Source of the DNA: a virus
Reading direction: 5' to 3' (one strand)
IMG/VR virus record: IMGVR_UViG_3300025122_000010
Coordinates: 20,103-84,102 of that record
Length of the DNA stretch: 64,000 bases
How positions within the stretch are numbered: position 1 is the first letter of the stretch; every line of letters begins with the position of its first letter. Positions 17,374 through 26,309 of this stretch are shown piece after piece. The translations under genes and the position numbers were made by a program. The notes beneath the pieces are model-generated. The model ran no database searches. It saw only the letters and a program-made list of their open reading frames with translations, and was not told the origin of the DNA.

Positions 17374-17577
17374 ATGATTAAGATCACGGTTTCAGTTCCT
17401 TGTATTGGTAGTGATGCTGAGGTCAGTATCCAAAAGTTGACTTCAATTACTAGAAGTCATGGAAAAACTACAACTCCTATCCAAGTTGATTTAAGTGAAT
17501 CACCCGGTCTTAATAAAGCAACAGTTTCACTTGAAGATTTAGAATCAGCAGTTAAAGCAATTAGGAATTCTATCTAA
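17374..17577 (+). CDS. Hypothetical protein
   Basis: ORF with RBS. Confidence 0.55.
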   Translation: MIKITVSVPCIGSDAEVSIQKLTSITRSHGKTTTPIQVDLSESPGLNKATVSLEDLESAVKAIRNSI

Positions 17578-17579
17578 GT

Positions 17580-17666
17580 GGGTCAGTATGCAAATTGGTG
17601 AAGCAGGCAGTCTGTAAAACTGTTCCGTAAGATCCGTTGTAGGTTCAAATCCTGCCTGACCCACCA
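17580..17666 (+). tRNA. tRNA-Tyr(GTA)
   Basis: Loop CTGTAAA, long variable region, CCA. Confidence 0.85.
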
Positions 17667-17676
17667 AAAATTTATT

Positions 17677-17752
17677 GGACCTCTAGCTCAATGGGTAGAG
17701 CAACTGACTCATAATCAGTAGGTTATAGGTTCAAGTCCTATGGGGTCCACCA
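17677..17752 (+). tRNA. tRNA-Ile2-type (CAT)
   Basis: Loop CTCATAA; GGACCTC/GGGGTCC-A acceptor resembles Ile2. Confidence 0.8.
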
Positions 17753-17767
17753 AAAAGGAAAACAACA

Positions 17768-18214
17768 ATGTCTACTCGTTCTTGTATAGCTGCTCTATGT
17801 GATGATGGAAAGATCAGAGCTATCAATTGTCATTATGATGGTTACCCAGACGGTGGTGGTGTTGGTGGTGTTCTAGAACGCTCATTCAACGATCAATATA
17901 AGATCGAAGATTTGCTGAAGCTCGGAGCATTGAGTTGTTTGCACCATAGCATTGATTGTCCTCCAGGTCATTCATATGCTACACCAGTTGAAAGTTACAC
18001 TGTAGCATATCATCGTGATCGAGGAGAAGATTTAGAAGTTGGAGAAGAATACGATTTTGAAGAACGTGATCCTAAGGATGTTTTGAGGAAACTAAGAGAG
18101 ACTGGAGATTGGCAGTACGTTGACTTCTTGTATTACTGGAATGGAACGAAGTGGTATTACATATGCAACTATGATTGTGAACACACCAATCTACCAGGAA
18201 AAGGAACAAACTAA
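17768..18214 (+). CDS. Conserved phage hypothetical protein
   Basis: MSTRS.I...HYDGYP...AYHRDRGE motif common in phage early regions. Confidence 0.7.
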   Translation: MSTRSCIAALCDDGKIRAINCHYDGYPDGGGVGGVLERSFNDQYKIEDLLKLGALSCLHHSIDCPPGHSYATPVESYTVAYHRDRGEDLEVGEEYDFEERDPKDVLRKLRETGDWQYVDFLYYWNGTKWYYICNYDCEHTNLPGKGTN

Positions 18215-18215
18215 C

Positions 18216-18635
18216 ATGCCACGTTTTGAAGATCAGTTAGAGATCGATAAAACAATAGATGAGTTCAACAGACTTGTAAGTATTTCAAAAGAAGTTGGTG
18301 AATTAGTTCTTTCAATTAGAAACCCAGGACTTAAAAATGAAACTGCTATTGATGTTGAATGTGGTTCCTGGGATCCACCTGATGATGTTGTTGTAAGTTT
18401 TTGGATATCTCAATACAGAGAAGATGAAGCAGTAACTTTCCCAAATAGTTATCTCAGAATGACTGATGAAGAAATAACTGCAATAGAAGAAGAGAAGAAA
18501 GAAGCATCGCGCTTAAAGTTAGAAGAAGCAAAAGAAGAAAAGAAGAAGAAAGATGCAGAAGAAGTGAAGACAAGAGAATTGGCTCAATACAAACAACTAC
18601 AAGAGAAATATGGAGAATCTATAGGAGAAGTCTAA
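18216..18635 (+). CDS. Hypothetical protein
   Basis: Start reassigned to the ATG at 18216 after an AAGGA RBS. Confidence 0.6.
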   Translation: MPRFEDQLEIDKTIDEFNRLVSISKEVGELVLSIRNPGLKNETAIDVECGSWDPPDDVVVSFWISQYREDEAVTFPNSYLRMTDEEITAIEEEKKEASRLKLEEAKEEKKKKDAEEVKTRELAQYKQLQEKYGESIGEV

Positions 18636-18779
18636 TGTCTAGGATAATATATATCACTTCACCAGATTATTCAAGACATGCAATCACTGTAGAAAAGCTT
18701 GTTCCTTCAAAGCGTAGACCTAGAGTTAAGAGAGTTGTAGGTGTTAAGTCAATCCCTCTTTTGACTAAGGAGCAACGAC

Positions 18780-18998
18780 ATGCTAGAAAGGCAATTGACA
18801 TCTATGGATAAGGAAAAAGAACTCAGTGATATCTACGAAGAATATATGTGGGAATTAGAACATTGGGCTAAAATCAGAGTTAAAGCGGAAAATCGAATTA
18901 AGGAAATTAGGTTCAAATTAGCCAAGTCGATCAACGCTACAAGAAGTTTTGATTCATCACAAGAGGTTGTTGACGAACTTATGCAAAGAGTTAGATAA
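18780..18998 (+). CDS. Hypothetical protein
   Basis: AAGGAG RBS. Confidence 0.55.
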   Translation: MLERQLTSMDKEKELSDIYEEYMWELEHWAKIRVKAENRIKEIRFKLAKSINATRSFDSSQEVVDELMQRVR

Positions 18999-19075
18999 GG
19001 GGCGGTATGCTCAATTGGTAGAGCTCCAGGTTGTGGACCTGGCGGTTGTCAGTTCGACCCTGACCCGTCCCTCCA
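18999..19075 (+). tRNA. tRNA-His(GTG), apparent U73
   Basis: Loop TTGTGGA, TCCA end. Confidence 0.8.
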
Positions 19076-19088
19076 AAAAGGTTATGCT

Positions 19089-19289
19089 ATGTTAGTTGCT
19101 ACTGTGTGTTATACAAATCTAGATAATTATGAAAGATATCACTGGCCAACTAAGATGTTTAATCCTAGAATTGGTGACAGAGTTTGTGCAAGAAATGATA
19201 GTGCACAGTTGTATATAAGCAGTATAGCACACGTACAAACTAAACATGGAGATGTATATCTGTACATTCATTTGAGTGGTGCAGTGTAG
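19089..19289 (+). CDS. Hypothetical protein
   Basis: ORF between tRNAs. Confidence 0.5.
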   Translation: MLVATVCYTNLDNYERYHWPTKMFNPRIGDRVCARNDSAQLYISSIAHVQTKHGDVYLYIHLSGAV

Positions 19290-19320
19290 TATACAAAACT
19301 GTTTAGAAATGTAGAAATGT

Positions 19321-19398
19321 AGGGAGGTAGCCAAGTCCGGTTAAAGCGCATGTCTGATAAACATGTTATCGTGGGTTCAAATCCCACCCTCCCTACCA
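19321..19398 (+). tRNA. tRNA-Ile(GAT)
   Basis: Loop CTGATAA, CCA. Confidence 0.85.
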
Positions 19399-19432
19399 AA
19401 AAAAACATTGAGGTTACAATGTTCTCATTATT

Positions 19433-19507
19433 CCCCAGTTCGTCTAATGAATAGGATACGGAGCTACGGACTCTGTGATATAGGTTTGATCCCTATACTG
19501 GGGACCA
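19433..19507 (+). tRNA. tRNA-Arg(ACG)
   Basis: Loop CTACGGA, T loop TTTGATC, CCA. Confidence 0.8.
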
Positions 19508-19523
19508 ATTTATTAGAGGTTTT

Positions 19524-19772
19524 ATGACTTACATCAATGTAAAATTTGATATCGATATTGCAATGGGGGCGGCAGCTGAAATAGAAATTGAAAAGATTAG
19601 ACAGTTATTGCTTAATCGAAGAGTTTCATTCACTAGTGACGATTATCACACCCAGACTACTAGAGAAGGAATAGTGAAACATGTAACAATAAAGTGGCGA
19701 ACTCATGAGTGCCGCATAGGTTTTGAGGACCAGGTAATGCATGAGGTTGTAGGAAACATTGAAATTCTCTAG
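19524..19772 (+). CDS. Hypothetical protein
   Basis: GAGG RBS. Confidence 0.55.
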   Translation: MTYINVKFDIDIAMGAAAEIEIEKIRQLLLNRRVSFTSDDYHTQTTREGIVKHVTIKWRTHECRIGFEDQVMHEVVGNIEIL

Positions 19773-19817
19773 GAGATGGAATGATAACTCAATTAGTTAT
19801 AAATTATTACGTTTTGT

Positions 19818-19847
19818 TGTTTACTATTGCTTAGAATTGTTTATATT
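19818..19847 (+). promoter_or_regulatory. Early promoter, copy 4
   Basis: TGTTTACTATTGCTTAGAATTGTTTATATT. Confidence 0.8.
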
Positions 19848-19857
19848 AGCTATGTAA

Positions 19858-19949
19858 GGAGGGTGACCGGCTGGACGAGGAACTAATTTGCTAAATTAGC
19901 AATGCAGCATCTGGCTGCATTAAGGGTTCAAGTCCCTTACCCTCCTCCA
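19858..19949 (+). tRNA. tRNA-Ser(GCT)
   Basis: Loop TTGCTAA, long variable arm, CCA. Confidence 0.85.
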
Positions 19950-19967
19950 ATTTGAAAGGATAGTAAA

Positions 19968-20351
19968 ATGGCTAATGACGAGAAGTGGCAGTTGCTTTAT
20001 GATGAAGCAAGTGCTGTAGGTTACAAAGCTGGTTTGGCATGCACTCCGAATCCGATATGTGTAGTAGAGCATGAAAACATGCTTGATGACAACTCACCAA
20101 TTAAGCACAGTTGGTATGTTTCAGAAGGAGCTTGCGGATTTGCTTGGGTTGTTGTAAAGCCAGGGACTTCAAGTTTTGCAAGGTGGTTGAAGAAGAACGA
20201 TATTGGTCACAAGCATTATTATGGCGGTTGGGCTATCTGGATCAGTGACCACGGACAGTCAATAGCTAGGAAAGATGCACACGCAAGAGCTATGTCTGAA
20301 GTCTTTAGAGAGAACGACATCAACTGTTATGCAGATTCGAGGATGGACTAA
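19968..20351 (+). CDS. Conserved phage hypothetical protein
   Basis: GACGFAWV...QSIARKDAHARA...SRMD motif. Confidence 0.7.
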   Translation: MANDEKWQLLYDEASAVGYKAGLACTPNPICVVEHENMLDDNSPIKHSWYVSEGACGFAWVVVKPGTSSFARWLKKNDIGHKHYYGGWAIWISDHGQSIARKDAHARAMSEVFRENDINCYADSRMD

Positions 20352-20602
20352 TGATTATCAAGAATGCTGAAACTCTATCTATATGCAGTGATCAACAGTT
20401 GTTCACGTTGATGAAGGATATCGAAGAATTCAGAACAGTAGGATATATTGGTACATCATTTCTCAGAAGCATTCATGACAATTTCTGTATAGTTTACTCT
20501 GATAAACTTTCAATTGATGTTACTGTTAATTGGATCGAAAGAGAGGCTGGACATCGTTGGTTTAAAAACGTAAAGAATGAAATAGGAGATCACAATGCGT
20601 GA
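20351..20602 (+). CDS. Hypothetical protein
   Basis: TAATG coupling to the previous gene. Confidence 0.6.
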   Translation: MIIKNAETLSICSDQQLFTLMKDIEEFRTVGYIGTSFLRSIHDNFCIVYSDKLSIDVTVNWIEREAGHRWFKNVKNEIGDHNA

Positions 20603-21042
20603 TTCTATAATTAATTATTCATGGACTAGCTAAATACTCTCCTAGAAAGGCTGAGTTTCTAAGAGCACTATCTCAGCCGTTAGCTTCAGAAGCATGCGGA
20701 GATTGTGTTGTTGAAGTTAACGGAGTTAAGAAGACACTGCTAGAATGGACAGAAACTAGATGCAGTGAAATTCCTTTCTTTGAAAATCAGAAAAATCAGA
20801 AGGCAGAATGTGTTGGATATAATATATTTGTAGTGCCAGTTTTTCACGACCATAGTGGTGGCACATATAATCCGATAAACGCAAGTTACACAACACAGAT
20901 GTCAGATCTCGTTGTAAGAATAGAAGAAGATCAGATCCATATTAGCAAAGACAGACATGGAAAAGTAGGAGTTACAAGTCTTTGGGAAGTTGGAAATAGA
21001 CTACATAAGCTTATTATGTCCCTTCGTAACTCAGTTGGCTAG
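20595..21042 (+). pseudogene. Frameshifted hypothetical protein
   Basis: ATG at 20595 with AGGAG RBS; the frame of 20833-21042 is open back to about 20614, with the shift at ATAATTAATTATT. Confidence 0.45.
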
Positions 21043-21096
21043 AGTATCCGACTCTTAATCGGGAGGTCGTAGGTTCGAACCCTACCGAAGGGACCA
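21020..21096 (+). tRNA. tRNA-Lys(CTT)
   Basis: Loop CTCTTAA, CCA. Confidence 0.9.
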
Positions 21097-21303
21097 AAAA
21101 AAAGAGATCATAATGATACGCAAATTATGGATATATTTGTTTCACGATCTTACAGGAATGAGTTGTAGTTTTGTGAAGCATAAAGATCGTTATAAACACA
21201 TAGTTTACAAATGTGTAGGTTGTGGTAAGATTGTAGAGAGAGAAGTAATTGAACCGCCATCTGGTGATGCATCTTGGATAGGCGAGTATTGATTAATGAA
21301 TTT

Positions 21304-21381
21304 GGCCGGGTAGCCCAATTGGCAAGAGGCGCATGATTCAAAACCATGATGTTGAGAGTTCGACTCTCTCCCCGGCTACCA
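21304..21381 (+). tRNA. tRNA-Leu(CAA), short variable loop
   Basis: Loop TTCAAAA, 5-nt variable region, ACCA. Confidence 0.8.
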
Positions 21382-21409
21382 AATTAAAAAATGAACATGG
21401 AGAATTTGT

Positions 21410-21497
21410 GCCACTGTGGCGAAATCGGTAGTACGCGCTGGACTTAAAATTCAGTGATCGAAAGATCGTGAGAGTTCGAGTCTCTCCAGTGGCACCA
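21410..21497 (+). tRNA. tRNA-Leu(TAA)
   Basis: Loop CTTAAAA, long variable arm, ACCA. Confidence 0.9.
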
Positions 21498-21559
21498 AAT
21501 ATTTCGACTCCCTGATCCCCTACCAAAAACTAAGAGGTCATATTGCCGATAGACTAAAT

Positions 21560-21649
21560 GCCCGGGTGGCGTAATTGGTAGGCGCGCTAGACTTAGAATC
21601 TAGTGGAGTTTTTATCTCCGTGAGAGTTCGAGTCTCTCCCTGGGCACCA
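21560..21649 (+). tRNA. tRNA-Leu(TAG)
   Basis: Loop CTTAGAA, long variable arm, ACCA. Confidence 0.9.
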
Positions 21650-21698
21650 AAAATTAAGTAAGACATTTTATTCAGTTGTTTATGATGATGCACATATT

Positions 21699-21773
21699 GG
21701 GGGTATAGTTAAATGGATATAACCTGGGTCTTCTAAACCCAAGATCGGGGTTCGATTCCCCGTGCCCCCACCA
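21699..21773 (+). tRNA. tRNA-Arg(TCT)
   Basis: Loop CTTCTAA, CCA. Confidence 0.9.
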
Positions 21774-21793
21774 AAAATTAAAAGGATTCTGAA

Positions 21794-22198
21794 ATGCCAA
21801 GAATTCGTGGTTATACAATCTATAACAAGCAATTGACAGACATCACTGATGATGAGTACGATCAATTGCAGAAACTAGCTTTGAGAGGTGGTGCATTTAA
21901 AACTCATCTCAGGTTAAGTCAAAGAGACAAGGAGGAATACAAAGGGGAGAAGATATTTCTAATGAAGCACAACAGAAGTAAGAAGCTAGTAGGCTGGTCT
22001 TTGTGTTTCAAGCCCCAAGGCATCTATCTTTTTGTAGCAACAAAATTCAGACGAAAAGGATATGGGAAAGAGTTATATAGCAGAGCATTTAGTTACTTTA
22101 ACAGGAGACATAAGAAACCAACTATATTCAGACATGATATGAGAAGTAATAGATTCTATGATAAAGTTTCTGATGACTCCAAAATAAGGATAGCCTAA
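21794..22198 (+). CDS. GNAT-family acetyltransferase-like protein
   Basis: LFVATKFRRKGYGKELY acetyl-CoA binding motif A, NRFYDK. Confidence 0.7.
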   Translation: MPRIRGYTIYNKQLTDITDDEYDQLQKLALRGGAFKTHLRLSQRDKEEYKGEKIFLMKHNRSKKLVGWSLCFKPQGIYLFVATKFRRKGYGKELYSRAFSYFNRRHKKPTIFRHDMRSNRFYDKVSDDSKIRIA

Positions 22199-22824
22199 TG
22201 AAAAAGGTTTATATTGAGCAGTGGATGCGAACAAAGGAGGAAAAAGCTTCTGGTAAGAAAACTGAAGTGGTGTATGCATTAGAAGTCGGTGAACACGTCG
22301 ATGTTCTAGCTTCTAGAATGGGAATGGGAACTAGATATTTTGCAAAAGGAAAGACTGATTGTTATTGGGTGCTTGATGCTAGAACAGGTTATAAGGTCTT
22401 AATCAACAAGCTAATATTTATGAGGATGTTAGAGGTTCATACAAATCAAGACTTGGAAGTTTACAAGATTCATGATAGAGCAGTTAGGGCTTTTCTATAT
22501 AGACGCCCTCCAATGGCATATGGTGTACAAATTACTCTAATTCATAATGAATCCATCATTCAAGGAGTCGATACATTCAGTTTGGGCGAATATGAAAATG
22601 AAACAAAGCGTTTTAGAACTGAAAGTGGTAATTATAGAAAGCAAGTAGCTGAAGCAAAAGCACTAAAGAAAGAAATTGAAGAAACAGAAGAATATGTAAA
22701 GAGATATCAAGAAATGATGGATGAAATACGATATGCAGCATCGGGTATACATACATTGAAAGAAAATTTGAGAACAATGAAGCACAATCTTCGTGTCTTT
22801 CGAAATATGGGAATTCTAGAATAA
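22198..22824 (+). CDS. Hypothetical protein
   Basis: 208-aa ORF, TAATG coupling. Confidence 0.65.
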   Translation: MKKVYIEQWMRTKEEKASGKKTEVVYALEVGEHVDVLASRMGMGTRYFAKGKTDCYWVLDARTGYKVLINKLIFMRMLEVHTNQDLEVYKIHDRAVRAFLYRRPPMAYGVQITLIHNESIIQGVDTFSLGEYENETKRFRTESGNYRKQVAEAKALKKEIEETEEYVKRYQEMMDEIRYAASGIHTLKENLRTMKHNLRVFRNMGILE

Positions 22825-22826
22825 GT

Positions 22827-22910
22827 GGAGGGTAGCGCTACTGGTAGCAAACTAGTTTTGAACGCTAGGCCAGGTGAAAGCCTGAGGGTTCGACTCCTTT
22901 ACCCTCCTCC
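22827..22910 (+). tRNA. tRNA-Ser(TGA), CCA not encoded
   Basis: Loop TTTGAAC, long variable arm, ends TCCC. Confidence 0.8.
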
Positions 22911-23189
22911 CTAATAGAAAGTTACTTTTATGTCAAAGTATAATATAGAACTCTTTGCAGAATACATCTGTTATGGAATGATGATGGGAATATTCTATTC
23001 GATCTATCTTGTAGCTTACTGTTTAATAATGACTTGGTGAAAACATGATACCGAATCTTAATGTGAAAAGAGATATGGATAGAGATCGAAGAAATCGTCT
23101 AGCATATCTTGCTTTATACTACGCTATTCAGGGTGATGAAGAACGATCAGAGAAGATAAGAAAACTAGTCAAAAATCTAGGAGGTTGCA

Positions 23190-23483
23190 ATGGAAAGAAT
23201 AGCGATGGGCAAGAAGAAGTCAATTGTTAAAGAAGAAAAAATCGTATATACATTTACAGTTGCAGAAGTAATTGAAGCTTTAGAAGGAATTGATACTTCA
23301 GATGGAACTAGTTCATTCATCCCTTTTATTGAAAATTGTGAAATGAGAATTAACAGAGGAGATGGAGAATTTGTAACTGTTATTCCGAGTATGGATAAGA
23401 TTGAATTTGTGAATACATTCACAACTGCTGAAGAGTATAAAGAAGAATCACCTCATACAAGAGAAGAACTAGCTGCTCCTTGA
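23190..23483 (+). CDS. Hypothetical protein
   Basis: GGAGG RBS. Confidence 0.6.
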   Translation: MERIAMGKKKSIVKEEKIVYTFTVAEVIEALEGIDTSDGTSSFIPFIENCEMRINRGDGEFVTVIPSMDKIEFVNTFTTAEEYKEESPHTREELAAP

Positions 23484-23558
23484 GCCACTATAGTTTAGCT
23501 GGTAAAACACTAGCCTTCCAAGCTGAAGTCCTCGGTTCGATTCCGTGTAGTGGCTCCA
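23484..23558 (+). tRNA. tRNA-Gly(TCC)
   Basis: Loop CTTCCAA, TCCA. Confidence 0.85.
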
Positions 23559-23567
23559 AAATAATTA

Positions 23568-23641
23568 GCGGGTATAGTATAACGGTATTACGTGACGTTG
23601 CCAACGTTAATATACGAGTTCAATTCTCGTTACCCGCTCCA
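23568..23641 (+). tRNA. tRNA-Gly(GCC)
   Basis: Loop TTGCCAA, TCCA. Confidence 0.85.
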
Positions 23642-23643
23642 GA

Positions 23644-23719
23644 GGTCCGGTCGCCAAATGGTTAAGGTAGCAGGTTGCAACCCTGTAATTTGTGAGTTCG
23701 AATCTCACCCGGACCTCCA
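23644..23719 (+). tRNA. tRNA-Cys(GCA)
   Basis: Loop TTGCAAC, TCCA. Confidence 0.9.
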
Positions 23720-23738
23720 TATTAAATAGGAGAATTCA

Positions 23739-23984
23739 ATGAGTCTGTTTTCTAGATGTAGACATAAATTTGAAAAGAAGATTGACGACAAAGGATACCA
23801 GTTTTGTGAGAAATGTGGAAAAGCAATTCAAGTAAAAACAAAATGCAATCACAAATGGGTTATTCATAGCGACACTGTTAAGACTACATTAAGAGATGTT
23901 ATTATCGAATTTCTATTTGTAATGAGATGTGAAAAGTGTGGTGAAATGAAGACTCATAGAATAGGAGTGAACGATCGATATTGA
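23739..23984 (+). CDS. Small Cys/His-rich (Zn-binding) protein
   Basis: Two CxH...CEKCG repeats. Confidence 0.65.
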   Translation: MSLFSRCRHKFEKKIDDKGYQFCEKCGKAIQVKTKCNHKWVIHSDTVKTTLRDVIIEFLFVMRCEKCGEMKTHRIGVNDRY

Positions 23985-23985
23985 T

Positions 23986-24071
23986 GTCCGAGTGGTGGAA
24001 TGGCAGACACGCTAGCTTGAGGGGCTAGTGGTAGAGATACCGTGCAGGTTCAACTCCTGTCTCGGACACCA
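23986..24071 (+). tRNA. tRNA-Leu(GAG)
   Basis: Loop TTGAGGG, long variable arm, ACCA. Confidence 0.9.
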
Positions 24072-24092
24072 AATAACAAATGAGGTTTCAAA

Positions 24093-24314
24093 ATGACAAT
24101 ATTACAATTGCCAGTAAAAGTATTTTCTGAAGCAGTTGTTCGTTTCTTGTTGATGTGTTTGGGATGTGTGGTAGTTGTATTGCCAATCATTATAACATTA
24201 GATATGTTATTTGCTACATTATGCGTGATTGCAGGTTTCTGCATTGCATTCTATTTTGGTGCCACATGCGGCACTTTGTTAAATATGTATGGCACGGGAA
24301 TTGACATGAATTGA
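24093..24314 (+). CDS. Membrane protein; the frame stays open past the TGA to 24491
   Basis: Hydrophobic ORF with GAGG RBS. Confidence 0.55.
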   Translation: MTILQLPVKVFSEAVVRFLLMCLGCVVVVLPIIITLDMLFATLCVIAGFCIAFYFGATCGTLLNMYGTGIDMN

Positions 24315-24530
24315 AGACCACTTATTCAGAAGGAGAGAAAGTACCCGATCCAGATAACAGAGCTGAATACTCTACTGGTGGATCCTCCTCCTCGTGACTA
24401 CGTCTTTGGTACTTCCGTGGGTCTGCAGAAGACGCTTCTTGACCGTTGCGCAGCAGAGAAATGTCACTGTTCTTTAGAAGAATTAAAATAAGTTTAATGC
24501 TAGAAGTTATTTATTATAACTAGATAGAAT

Positions 24531-24608
24531 GGGGCGGTAGCTAAAAGTGGTAAAAGCAGGACTCTTATAAAGTCAAGATAGCTGGTTCAACTCCAGCCCG
24601 CCCTACCA
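24531..24608 (+). tRNA. tRNA-Ile(TAT)
   Basis: Loop CTTATAA, ACCA. Confidence 0.8.
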
Positions 24609-24771
24609 AAAAAATCAAGGAGGCTCCAATGAGTTCAAAATCTGATGCGTATAATTCAATTGTCATAGCTAAGGAAAGCATAAAAGATGGAAACACTGGA
24701 ACGAACAGAGCATTAATTGCAATCGCAAAATCTTTATTAGTAATAGCAGCAGCAATCAAAGAAAACAAACT

Positions 24772-24847
24772 GCCCGTGTAACTCAGTGGTTAGAGTTCCT
24801 GTCCTACAAACAGGTGGTCGTTGGTTCGAATCCAACCTCGGGCACCA
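24772..24847 (+). tRNA. tRNA-Val(TAC), C33
   Basis: Loop CCTACAA, ACCA. Confidence 0.85.
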
Positions 24848-24852
24848 AATAA

Positions 24853-25128
24853 ATGGAGGTTTCTATGAACAGTCTAAAAGGCAAACTTCAATTGGTTGCT
24901 GGAATCATTACTACTTTATGGGTGTTTGTTGCAATGTTTTGTAGTGAGCCAGGTTATCTTTATAGTTCAAAATGCGATTGTGAAGCTGCATTTACGTTTT
25001 TTGGAATTGTAGGCGGGTTTTCAATGATTTTTGCAATTATATATGGCATCAGGCAATTACTGTATGAAGGTGCAAAGAATTGCAAACTGAGAATAAGTTA
25101 TGACAATAATTCTAAAACAGAAGAATAG
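24853..25128 (+). CDS. Small membrane protein
   Basis: Two hydrophobic segments. Confidence 0.55.
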   Translation: MEVSMNSLKGKLQLVAGIITTLWVFVAMFCSEPGYLYSSKCDCEAAFTFFGIVGGFSMIFAIIYGIRQLLYEGAKNCKLRISYDNNSKTEE

Positions 25129-25180
25129 GAGGGTGCTAACATGACGTAACTATCTAACAACTAAAAATAGGAGACTAGTT

Positions 25181-25708
25181 ATGTCTGAAGATGAAGTACT
25201 TTTCGATCCAGAGTATAATCCTGAGTGGTATGAAAGAATGATTCTTTGGTTCTATCATAACATTTGGGAAAAAAGAGATGTTCGTAGAAGGTTAAGATGG
25301 TTTTGGCAAAGAAGAACCAGAGGATTCGATGATCTTGAACTTTGGAATCTTCATTATAGTTTCACAGATTTCATTCTTCCTAGATTGAAAGCATTCAGAG
25401 AACTCGGACTTATGGGTTGTCCTGTTCTTGAAGGTTATGAGTTTAATGGAAATCATGATGGAATGCACGATGAGTGGAAAGAGATTCTTGACAAGATGGT
25501 TAATGCTTTCTACTATATGAAAATAGATATGGAAGATATGCATTACCCTCCATCAAAAATGATGAAAAAAGAAGACGGAACAATTTACTTTAAGCACTAT
25601 CCAGGTTATAACTATGATGAATACACTACAGAAATGAAAAGAAGATGGGATGTTATTGAAGAAGGCTTAAAACTATTCGGTAAGTATTATCAAGGCATAT
25701 GGGATTGA
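25181..25708 (+). CDS. Conserved phage hypothetical protein
   Basis: RGFDD.ELWNL...ILPRLKAF...EGLKLFGKYYQGIWD pattern. Confidence 0.75.
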   Translation: MSEDEVLFDPEYNPEWYERMILWFYHNIWEKRDVRRRLRWFWQRRTRGFDDLELWNLHYSFTDFILPRLKAFRELGLMGCPVLEGYEFNGNHDGMHDEWKEILDKMVNAFYYMKIDMEDMHYPPSKMMKKEDGTIYFKHYPGYNYDEYTTEMKRRWDVIEEGLKLFGKYYQGIWD

Positions 25709-25718
25709 GGAGGTTTCT

Positions 25719-26054
25719 ATGATAATGTGGCATGTTGGTCCAGATGCTATAATGGACCATGCAAGAATAGTTAAGATTCTTTTATGTGATGCTATTGTCA
25801 GAAAGGGATATGTAACACAAGAACAAGGTAATGAAATTTGTGATAACATAATTATCACGTATGAACGTAAACCTCTTTTGAGCACTGCCTGGAATTGGGT
25901 GAGTGGTGATAAAGAGAAGTATTCGTTCATAGTTTCAGAACTTATTAATTGTTCTGGAAGAGAAAAAGATGTAGATCATATTTTAGCAAAGAAATCAGCA
26001 CCAAAGTTAGAAGAAGCAAAAGAAGAAAAGGAAGAAGAAACTAAAGACGAATGA
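25719..26054 (+). CDS. Hypothetical protein
   Basis: GGAGG RBS. Confidence 0.6.
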   Translation: MIMWHVGPDAIMDHARIVKILLCDAIVRKGYVTQEQGNEICDNIIITYERKPLLSTAWNWVSGDKEKYSFIVSELINCSGREKDVDHILAKKSAPKLEEAKEEKEEETKDE

Positions 26055-26059
26055 ATTTG

Positions 26060-26133
26060 CGCGGGGAGGATCGGTTATCCCATCTGGTCTCATAAGCCAG
26101 ACTTCGTGAGTTCAACTCTCACCCCCGCTTCCA
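26060..26133 (+). tRNA. Initiator-type tRNA-Met(CAT), reduced D-arm
   Basis: CGCGGGG with 1:72 mismatch, loop CTCATAA, CCA. Confidence 0.75.
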
Positions 26134-26142
26134 TTTATAACT

Positions 26143-26299
26143 GAACAGAGTGACTGAATAATCCCTTCTTGGTGGGGATAAAGTACAGTTGACTAGTATG
26201 GTAGCTAGAGGCTGGTTCAGGGGATACCTTAGAGACAGATTAGCCAAGCTCCTGTTAAGAGAGTCTATTCTAGATATATATCTACTCTCTTCTCTGTTC
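26143..26299 (+). ncRNA. Multi-branched structured RNA of unknown class
   Basis: GAACAGAG/CTCTGTTC closing four internal hairpins; lies between two CAT tRNAs. Confidence 0.5.
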
Positions 26300-26309
26300 T
26301 TACAAAAAT

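Noticed and set aside
10621-19847. CRISPR array from the 30-bp repeats
   Set aside because: Copies are kilobases apart and have promoter architecture; no regular repeat-spacer array was seen
21304-21381. Possible TCA (opal suppressor or Sec) anticodon
   Set aside because: The stem register gives the 7-nt loop TTCAAAA, so the anticodon is CAA (Leu)
21503-21525. Orphan tRNA 3' end TTCGACTCCCTGATCCCCTACCA as the trans partner of the 5' half at 15286
   Set aside because: ATCCCCT can pair with GGGGGAT, but the 5' T-stem strand and anticodon are missing; more likely a deletion remnant
12570-24768. ORFs overlapping tRNAs (e.g. 12570-12836, 14714-14983, 16354-16617, 21338-21526, 23480-23665)
   Set aside because: Shadow ORFs that are translations of tRNA sequence
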